Shown here piece by piece: positions 56,855-64,000 of a stretch of 64,000 nt of DNA. This stretch comes from Alphaproteobacteria bacterium. Lineage in GTDB: Bacteria; Pseudomonadota; Alphaproteobacteria; GM7ARS4; G965262615. The notes under the pieces were generated by a model. The model worked only from the letters and a program-made list of their open reading frames with translations, was not told the DNA's origin and made no database searches. Within the stretch, counting starts at the first letter, position 1. Every line of letters begins with the position of its first letter. The stretch covers positions 800,001 to 864,000 of the forward strand of contig OZ253545.1 of the NCBI GenBank assembly GCA_965262615.1. The letters are read 5' to 3'. Made by a program: the position numbers and the translations under genes.

Positions 56855-59800
56855 ATGGTGTCGTTTATTCCTCTCAAGCTCACCTCCAGCTATTCTTTGC
56901 TGGAGAGCATGCTCAAGACCGATGACATTATCCGTCTGTGCCGTCATCATGGGTTGCCTGCCTTTGCGGTGACGGATCACGGCAATCTTTATGGGGCGAT
57001 GGAACTCAGCATCAAAGCACTGGCGGCGGGAATTCAGCCCATCACGGCGTGTTCTTTGGGAGTCATCATGCACGATGGCGCACAGTCTCCCAAATCCAAT
57101 CATAGAGTGTCTCTTTATGTGGAGAATGCGCGAGGGTGGCAGAATCTCATTCATCTGGTGACGGCGGCACACAAGGCACATATTGTGGACGGAGGAGACA
57201 GCACCGCGGTCACATGGAAGCAGCTGTGTGAGCATCATGAGGGATTGTTATTGCTCTCTGGGGGGCGAGAAGGCGCGCTGGTCTCCTTGTTGGCAAAGGG
57301 CAATGTCTCTGCCGCCGCCGCATGGGTGGAGCGGTGTCGGCAGCTGTTTGGCGATCGCTTTTATTTGGAACTCAATCGTCATGGCTATGAGGAGGAGCGT
57401 CTGGCTGAACCGCATATTTTGGCATTGGCTCAGCGGCATGGCATTCCTGTGGTGGCGTGTCATCAAGCCTGTTATGAAAGCAAGGACGATGTCACCGCCC
57501 ATGAAGTTTTGCACTGCATCGCTCATAAAACCACTGTGGGAAAAAATATCCATGACGCGCGCCCTGTTCATGTCTTTCCCAATGACCAATTGATGAGGCA
57601 GCAATTTGCCGATTATCCCGAGACGATGCACCAGAGCGTGCTGATTGCAAAACGATGCTCGTGGTTTTTGCATGAAGAAAAAAATCCTCGCATGCCTGTC
57701 GTGGGAGACGAGACACAATTGCGAGCCGCCGCCAATGAAGGATTGGCACAGCGTATTGCTCATATTAAGGATGCCACAGAACGGCAACACTATCAAAAGC
57801 GATTGGATGATGAATTGAATATCATCATCAGTGCCGATTACAGTGGCTATATGCTCATTTTGGCGGAGTTCATGAATTGGGCGCGCGCCCAGGACATTCC
57901 CGTGGGACCTGGACGCGGCTCAGGGGCGGGTTCATTGGTGGCATGGGCACTGGGTGTCATTGATATTGATCCTGTGCCTCTGGGGCTTTTGTTTGAGCGG
58001 TTTCTCAATCCGAAGCGCATTTCCATGCCGGATATTGATATTGATTTTTGCCGTGACGGACGCGATCGGGTGATTGAGCATGTGCGTGAGCAGTATGGCT
58101 CGTCACAGGTGGCGCATATCATTACTTTTGGTGCGCTTAAGTGTCGCGCCGCCATTCGTGATGTGGGACGCGCACTGGGCTATCCCTACGGACAGGTGGA
58201 TGCCATCGTGCGCCATTTTCCCAATGGTCCCGATGATACCATTGCCAGCGGACTGAAAAACGATAGCAATCTCAGAGACATGATTAAAAAGGATGATGAA
58301 GCTGGACACATTGTGTCCATTGCTCGCCGCGTTGAGGGTTTGTATCGCCATGTCTCCACCCATGCGGCGGGCGTGGTGATTGGCGACAAGCCTCTGGATG
58401 AATTAGTGCCGTTGTCTTTTGATCAAGAGAAAAAAACCGTTCTCACCCAATGGTCTATGAAGCTGGTGGAGAAAGCGGGGCTGGTTAAGTTTGATTTTCT
58501 CGGTTTGAAAACTCTGACGATGCTGCGCCATGCTGAAGATTTGCTGGCGGCAGATGGGGTCTCGGTGGATTTCATCACCCTGCCTCTTGATGACAAGCTG
58601 ACCTATGAGCTGATGGCGCGCGGCGATACAACAGGAATTTTCCAATTGGAGAGCAGTGGCATGCGTGGCATGCTTGAGCAACTTCAGCCTGATTGTTTTG
58701 AAGATGTGATTGCGGCGGTGGCTTTGTATCGTCCTGGTCCGATGCAGCATATTCCAGACTTTATTGCCCGCAAGCATGGACGCAAGAAAGTGACCTATCC
58801 GGATGAGCGTCTGCAGGAATTGCTGGAGAGCACCTACGGCATCATTGTTTATCAAGAGCAGGTGATGAAGATGGCGCAAATTTTAGCGGGTTTTAGTTTG
58901 GGCAAAGCCGACATATTGCGGCGCGCCATGGGAAAGAAAGATTCGGCAGAAATGGCAAGCCAAAAGGATGAATTCATCAAAGGGGCAATTGACAATGGCA
59001 TGAAGTCTGACAAAGCCGAAAAGATTTTTAATCTCATCGCCGAATTTGCCTCCTATGGCTTTAACAAGAGCCATGCGGCGGCATATGCCGTGCTGGCGTA
59101 TCAGACGGCGTGGCTGAAGGCGCATCACACGGAGGTGTTTTTTGCCGCCTCCATGTCCATTGATGTGGATGTGCCCGAAAAGTGCGCCGAATTTTATCAA
59201 GAAGCGTGTGAGGCATCCATCAGTGTTTTGCCTCCTTCCGTTAATGAATCGGACACCCTGTTCACCGTGCGCCAGCACGATGATGCCAAGCATCTGGTCT
59301 ATGGACTGGCGGCATTGCGTCATGTGGGATTGGCGGCGGCTGGACACATCGTTCAAGAGCGCAAAGACAACGGAGCGTATCAATCGTTGTTTGATTTTTT
59401 GAGCCGTCATTCGCCGCATGTGCTCAATAAACGATTGCTGGAATCTCTCATCAAGGCGGGGGCGTTGGACGAGCTCATTCCTTCACGACGATGGGGGGTG
59501 GAAAATCTGGATGGCTGGATGTTGTCACTGCAGCAGTGTCACAAAGAGCGTCAGCAACGGCAAGCCAATCTCTTTGGTGATGACGGCGGGCAATTATTGG
59601 CTCTGGAAGTGCCTGAGGATGCCGATGAGTGGGACATCAGTGAAAAACTTGATCATGAAAAAGAAATTTTGGGATTTTATCAATCGGAGAATCCGCTCGC
59701 GGTGTTTGATGAGTATATGCAGCGAGAAAACATGTCCATCCTTTCACAAGTCATGGAGCAGTGGCAAAACGAGACTTTGAAAGTAAGGAACAAGGGAAAA

Positions 59801-60322
59801 CGGGTGCATTGTTTAATGCTCATTAACGGATTCAAAAAACGCTACAGCAAAAAGACGAAGGAACCGTTTGCCTTTGTGTCCTGTTGGGATCGTCACAATG
59901 TTCATCACGAGGTGGCTTTTTTTGGCGATGTGTTTACCAAGTTCCGACCTTTGCTGGATAAGCCATTGCGCTGCGAAATGGCGATTGAATTGAAACCAGA
60001 TAAGAAGAATAATGAGATGACGCGTCTCAATGTCTTATCCGTCAAGGTTCTGCCCACACAGATGTCTGACGCTCCCGCCGCCACACAGCTGGAGGGACAA
60101 GTTGTGGTGCGGGTGACGGTGGACACCATGAGAAATCTTTTGCAGCTTCAACACATGATCAAAGACCTCCCCAAAGGGGATGATACCCTTGAGTTGATTT
60201 TGCGAGATACAGGGGATGAGTTCAAGCGTCTGCGTCTGCCTCATCGCTATCGTTTGGGTCTGGCTGCCATCACGGCTTTGCGTCAGATATGCCCTCAAGT
60301 CGATAAGGAGCGATTGTTTTAG
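56855..60322 (+). CDS. dnaE: DNA polymerase III alpha subunit
   Basis: PHP domain, GPGRGSGAGS, PDIDIDF, KFDFLGL, YGFNKSH; start at 56843 or 56855 (duplicated 12-mer). Confidence 0.97.
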   Translation: MVSFIPLKLTSSYSLLESMLKTDDIIRLCRHHGLPAFAVTDHGNLYGAMELSIKALAAGIQPITACSLGVIMHDGAQSPKSNHRVSLYVENARGWQNLIHLVTAAHKAHIVDGGDSTAVTWKQLCEHHEGLLLLSGGREGALVSLLAKGNVSAAAAWVERCRQLFGDRFYLELNRHGYEEERLAEPHILALAQRHGIPVVACHQACYESKDDVTAHEVLHCIAHKTTVGKNIHDARPVHVFPNDQLMRQQFADYPETMHQSVLIAKRCSWFLHEEKNPRMPVVGDETQLRAAANEGLAQRIAHIKDATERQHYQKRLDDELNIIISADYSGYMLILAEFMNWARAQDIPVGPGRGSGAGSLVAWALGVIDIDPVPLGLLFERFLNPKRISMPDIDIDFCRDGRDRVIEHVREQYGSSQVAHIITFGALKCRAAIRDVGRALGYPYGQVDAIVRHFPNGPDDTIASGLKNDSNLRDMIKKDDEAGHIVSIARRVEGLYRHVSTHAAGVVIGDKPLDELVPLSFDQEKKTVLTQWSMKLVEKAGLVKFDFLGLKTLTMLRHAEDLLAADGVSVDFITLPLDDKLTYELMARGDTTGIFQLESSGMRGMLEQLQPDCFEDVIAAVALYRPGPMQHIPDFIARKHGRKKVTYPDERLQELLESTYGIIVYQEQVMKMAQILAGFSLGKADILRRAMGKKDSAEMASQKDEFIKGAIDNGMKSDKAEKIFNLIAEFASYGFNKSHAAAYAVLAYQTAWLKAHHTEVFFAASMSIDVDVPEKCAEFYQEACEASISVLPPSVNESDTLFTVRQHDDAKHLVYGLAALRHVGLAAAGHIVQERKDNGAYQSLFDFLSRHSPHVLNKRLLESLIKAGALDELIPSRRWGVENLDGWMLSLQQCHKERQQRQANLFGDDGGQLLALEVPEDADEWDISEKLDHEKEILGFYQSENPLAVFDEYMQRENMSILSQVMEQWQNETLKVRNKGKRVHCLMLINGFKKRYSKKTKEPFAFVSCWDRHNVHHEVAFFGDVFTKFRPLLDKPLRCEMAIELKPDKKNNEMTRLNVLSVKVLPTQMSDAPAATQLEGQVVVRVTVDTMRNLLQLQHMIKDLPKGDDTLELILRDTGDEFKRLRLPHRYRLGLAAITALRQICPQVDKERLF

Positions 60323-60933
60323 TTGGTGTAGTTATCCGGCAAGCCGTAGCTGTTGTCATCATCTTGGTGAAATCCTTGCTCGTGCTGTGGCTGGCGGGAA
60401 TCTGCGGGGCGCGTGAAATCTTTGGCGATATCTTGCAGGTCAACAAAATTATCGGTTTGTCGCCGCAAATCATCCGAGATCATGGGGGGCTTGGTCTTGG
60501 CGGTACTCACCACCGTGATGCGCACGCCTTGCCGTTGCAGATGATCCACCAAACGCCGCAAATCGCCATCGCCAGCAAATAAAATCATGTGATTGGCGTA
60601 GGGAGCCATTTCCACCATGTCCATCGCAATCTCCACATTGACATTGCTCTTGACTTTGCGTCTGCCTTGAAAGTCAACAAACTCTTTGACAGGTTTGGTC
60701 ACCACGGTGAAGTTATTGTAATTGAGCCAGTCAATCAAAGGACGCACAGGCGTGTATTCCTGACCATCCAGAAGGGCGGTGTAATAGAAGGCTCGCAGCA
60801 GTCGTCCCTGGCTATCAATGAAATCATAGAGGCGGCGGTAGTCAATATCAAACTGCAGATGTTTGCCAGCGGCAAAAATATGGCTACCATCAATAAAAAC
60901 GCCAATGCGTTCGTCATCAAAAAAGCGTAACAC
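60319..60933 (-). CDS. NYN-domain (LabA/DUF88) protein
   Basis: FIDG, LRAFYY, GDGD, LRRQ.D.FVDL; divergent from folK. Confidence 0.9.
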   Translation of the reverse strand: MLRFFDDERIGVFIDGSHIFAAGKHLQFDIDYRRLYDFIDSQGRLLRAFYYTALLDGQEYTPVRPLIDWLNYNNFTVVTKPVKEFVDFQGRRKVKSNVNVEIAMDMVEMAPYANHMILFAGDGDLRRLVDHLQRQGVRITVVSTAKTKPPMISDDLRRQTDNFVDLQDIAKDFTRPADSRQPQHEQGFHQDDDNSYGLPDNYTN

Positions 60934-61017
60934 GATTATCTCCTTGTGGTGTATTCTTTAATCACAATCACGGAACTATGATATAATCAGCAATTGAGAA
61001 GGATGCAAGTCTTTGTG

Positions 61018-61563
61018 ATGGAAGAAAAAATTTTCATAGCCATTGGGTCTAATCAGCCTTGTGTTGCGCGCGGCTGTGAGGATTCTTTGGCGGTGTGTTT
61101 ATCGGCGGTGGCTCGTTTGCGTGGCGATGGGGTGGTGTGTGTGAGGGGGTGTTCATCGTGGTATTATTCTGAGCCTGTGCCTCGCTCGGAGCAGGCGTGG
61201 TTTGTCAATGGCGTGGTGGCGGTGACATCTCACTGTGCGCCGCGGGCGTTGCTTGCTTATTTACATGGCATTGAGCACGATTATGGACGGGTGCGTCACA
61301 CGCGCAATGAGGCTCGTCCGCTGGATTTAGATCTCCTTGCGTATGGTGAGCGGGTGGTGACATCATCGGACATTGTTCTTCCTCACCCGCGTATGGAGGC
61401 GCGGTCGTTTGTGTTGTATCCGATGCGGGATGTGATGGCGCATTGGTGTCATCCTGTGAGTGGCATGACGGTGGATTCGTTGTTGTCCAGATTGCCTGAG
61501 GGTGCGATGATGCGCCTTGCCGATGCCGATGGGACGCGTCTGGCGACACCTCAGTCATTATGA
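61018..61563 (+). CDS. folK: 2-amino-4-hydroxy-6-hydroxymethyldihydropteridine pyrophosphokinase
   Basis: IAIGSN, FVNGV, R.LDLDLL, LPHPRM..R.FVL.P. Confidence 0.93.
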   Translation: MEEKIFIAIGSNQPCVARGCEDSLAVCLSAVARLRGDGVVCVRGCSSWYYSEPVPRSEQAWFVNGVVAVTSHCAPRALLAYLHGIEHDYGRVRHTRNEARPLDLDLLAYGERVVTSSDIVLPHPRMEARSFVLYPMRDVMAHWCHPVSGMTVDSLLSRLPEGAMMRLADADGTRLATPQSL

Positions 61564-61609
61564 TGCACAGCTCTTGCGCGTGAGACAAAAATATACTATG
61601 TGTTTTCTT

Positions 61610-61948
61610 ATGGCTCGTGTGACGACAGAAGACTGCATTGACAAGATTTCCAATCGGTATGAGTTGCTGGTTTTGGCGGCTCATCGGGCGCGCCAGCTGA
61701 GCGAGGGCGATGCGCCGCGGGTGGAAGAAGCACAAGATAAACCCACCGTGCTGGCATTGCGAGAGATCGCCGCGGGCAAAGTGGAGAGCGATGATTTGCG
61801 TGAGAATCTTGTCAATAATTTGCGTCATATTTCGCCTCAGGATCATGATGGTGACGAAGAGGTGCATTTGGTGGGTGATCCCTCTGCGATGATGGAGACG
61901 AAGGAAGAAGGAAGTGCTGCTCAAAAGGACGCACAATCACGCGTCTGA
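61610..61948 (+). CDS. rpoZ: RNA polymerase omega subunit
   Basis: [34 protein letters not shown]. Confidence 0.95.
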   Translation: MARVTTEDCIDKISNRYELLVLAAHRARQLSEGDAPRVEEAQDKPTVLALREIAAGKVESDDLRENLVNNLRHISPQDHDGDEEVHLVGDPSAMMETKEEGSAAQKDAQSRV

Positions 61949-61982
61949 TAAGGCTCAGAGTTTTTGCCGATCGTTGCGGGGG

Positions 61983-64000
61983 GTGCGGGTCTGTTTGACC
62001 GATGAGCTTGCCTCTTATCTCTCACCACAGGATATCACGGATGTGCGGCGGGCGTGTGCTTTCATGATGCGTGCCCATGCGGGTCAACGGCGGGCATCGG
62101 GCGAGCCGTACGCGATTCATCCGTTGCAGGTGGCTTTGATTTTAGCGCAGCGGCGATTGGATGCCGCCACCATTGTCACGGCATTGCTGCACGATGTTTT
62201 GGAGGATACCGATGTGGCGGCACAGCAATTGCGTGGGATGTTCGGTGCTGATGTGGAATCGTTGGTGCGCGGGGTGTCGCAATTGTCACGGCTGCATATT
62301 CCTTCTGAGAGGGAGCGAGACGCTGAAAATTTTCGCCGTTTTTTGTTGGCAATATCCGATGACATACGGGTTTTGCTGGTGAAGTTGGCGGATCGATTGC
62401 ATAACATGCGCACACTGCATTTTTTGTCTGAGGATCGCCAGCGGCGCATTGCGGCGGAGACGATGGATGTGCACGCTCGCTTGGCGGAACGCATGGGATT
62501 GCGAGACATTGCCGATGAAATGGATGACCGCGCCCTGGAGGTTTTGGAAAGTGATGCCATTGCCGCCATTCGTCAGCGGTTGGATGACATGCGCGAGCGT
62601 GATGGCGGTCATATTGAGACCATCATCAAACACATTGAGGCGATTTTGTATAAACATGGATTACATGGACGAGTGGAGGGGCGTGAGAAAGCCATTCATT
62701 CCATTTGGCAAAAGTTGCAAAACAAAGAGCGGGCGTTTGAGAAGTTATCGGATATTTTTGCGTTTCGTGTCATCGTGGCGGATGCCAAGGCGTGTTATGA
62801 GACGCTTGGCGCGATTCATCAGTCTCATCGGATGGTGCATGGTCAGTTGAAGGATTACATTTCCTCGCCCAAGCCCAATGGCTATCGGTCGTTGCATACG
62901 GTGGTTTTGGGGGCGTATCACCGTCCCATTGAGATTCAGATTCGCAGCGAACAGATGCATCATGAGGCAGAACACGGACTGGCGGCGCATCATTGTTACA
63001 AGAGTGGCTGGCATCACGATGTGAAGAAAGATTGGCTGGATTCTCTGTTGCACATCAGTGAGAAATCCACCGATGCCGATGATTTTTTGCGTCACACCCG
63101 CCTTGAGATGTATCGCGATCAGGTTTTTTGTTTCACGCCGCGCGGCGATATGAAGGTGTTGCCGCAAGGAGGCACGGCTCTTGATTTTGCCTACAGCCTT
63201 CACAGTGATCTCGGAGCCCATGCCATTGGGGCAAAGGTCAATGGGTATGAGCGTCCGTTGGGATATGCTTTGAGCAATGGCGATCGGGTGGAGATTGAAT
63301 GTGGGGACGATGTCATCATTCATGAAGGATGGGAACACATGGCGCACACCGGCAAGGCGCGCTCTCATATTTTGCAGGCGTTGCGAAACCGCACCCGCGA
63401 TGAATTCACCGATTTGGGCAAACGCTTGTGGGTGGCTTTGGTGGGAGACGCTTCCTATGTGCCGTCTGCGGATGAATTGCTGCAGATGAAGGCGGATGAC
63501 ATGCCCTCATTGTTCTGGTCTTTGGGCAGTGGCAAGATTTCATTGGGGCATGTGATGAGCTGTGTGAAGACGGGGCGCGCCATGGAGGTGGTGTCGCTGG
63601 ATGGCTTGCGTTTGGGGGTGTCGCTGCACTATGGCGACTGTTGCTATGGCATGGATGGTGAGGAAGAAATGCTGGCTATTCTCAGACAGAACTACGGACT
63701 CATGCTTCATCGGCGTGATTGCGATGTCAGAGATAAAAAAGAAGTTGTGCGGGTGCGCTGGCGCGGTGAGGAGGGTGAGCGGCATCATGTGCAGTTGCAG
63801 TGCTCGTTGCTTCATCGGCGGGGCAGTTTGGCGGCGATGAGTCAGGTGATCTCAAAGAGTCACGGCAATATCATGAACATCACCACACTGCATCACACGG
63901 CGGAGCGATTTCACATTGTGTTGTCGCTGGAGCTGCGTGACTTTGCTCATCAGAATTTGATCATGAAACGCCTTGAGGATTTGGATGAGGTGTGTGCGGT
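61983..64000 (+). CDS. spoT: Bifunctional (p)ppGpp synthetase/hydrolase (runs off the window edge; start approximate)
   Basis: Manual translation: HAGQRRASGEPYAIHP, LLHDVLEDT, VKLADRLHNMRTL, KPNGYRSLHT, EIQIR, TGS FTP.G..DFAY..H; follows rpoZ. Confidence 0.95.
   Translation, partial: MRVCLTDELASYLSPQDITDVRRACAFMMRAHAGQRRASGEPYAIHPLQVALILAQRRLDAATIVTALLHDVLEDTDVAAQQLRGMFGADVESLVRGVSQLSRLHIPSERERDAENFRRFLLAISDDIRVLLVKLADRLHNMRTLHFLSEDRQRRIAAETMDVHARLAERMGLRDIADEMDDRALEVLESDAIAAIRQRLDDMRERDGGHIETIIKHIEAILYKHGLHGRVEGREKAIHSIWQKLQNKERAFEKLSDIFAFRVIVADAKACYETLGAIHQSHRMVHGQLKDYISSPKPNGYRSLHTVVLGAYHRPIEIQIRSEQMHHEAEHGLAAHHCYKSGWHHDVKKDWLDSLLHISEKSTDADDFLRHTRLEMYRDQVFCFTPRGDMKVLPQGGTALDFAYSLHSDLGAHAIGAKVNGYERPLGYALSNGDRVEIECGDDVIIHEGWEHMAHTGKARSHILQALRNRTRDEFTDLGKRLWVALVGDASYVPSADELLQMKADDMPSLFWSLGSGKISLGHVMSCVKTGRAMEVVSLDGLRLGVSLHYGDCCYGMDGEEEMLAILRQNYGLMLHRRDCDVRDKKEVVRVRWRGEEGERHHVQLQCSLLHRRGSLAAMSQVISKSHGNIMNITTLHHTAERFHIVLSLELRDFAHQNLIMKRLEDLDEVCA

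Noticed and set aside
56855-57600. Loss of metal-binding His residues in the DnaE PHP domain
   Set aside because: Degenerate PHP sites are common in proteobacterial DnaE, so this is not novel.

Overview
A compact, gene-dense alphaproteobacterial chromosome segment; the pcm-tolC-popZ-valS, ribF-ileS-lspA-DUF3035-M16 and NYN/folK-rpoZ-spoT gene orders are typical of that class. Most of it is housekeeping: ilvD, valS, dnaX-recR, lptA/lptB, cobB, mdh-sucCD, holA-lptE, pstS plus two OprO/P porins, rplM-rpsI, tRNA-Val(GAC), ubiE-ubiB, ileS, rpiB-glyA-nrdR-rib-nusB-thiL, an H+-PPase, surE-nlpD, yajC-secDF, dnaE and rpoZ-spoT. Four small AT-rich accessory islets sit inside or between conserved operons with no integrase or transposase in view. 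(1) Between lptA and lptB: two tandem mini GIY-YIG paralogues, one apparently lacking catalytic residues, plus a possible HEPN-like ORF. (2) Between mdh and sucC: a DGQHR-domain + GIY-YIG gene pair. (3) At the 3' end of tRNA-Val: two tandem, diverged Panacea-antitoxin/unknown-toxin cassettes, followed by a ~300-bp hairpin-rich non-coding element, a DUF6804-like gene and an SMR pump. (4) After ubiB: a DUF2513-like ORF and a 25-aa-repeat coiled-coil protein. Other oddities are a porin with a ~130-aa, ~50% Asp/Glu N-terminal tract, an L13 with a Lys/Ala/Pro-rich extension, an AT-rich ileS 3' end, many short tandem duplications at gene ends and strong TCGA avoidance. All calls come from motif recognition by eye; no database searches were run.
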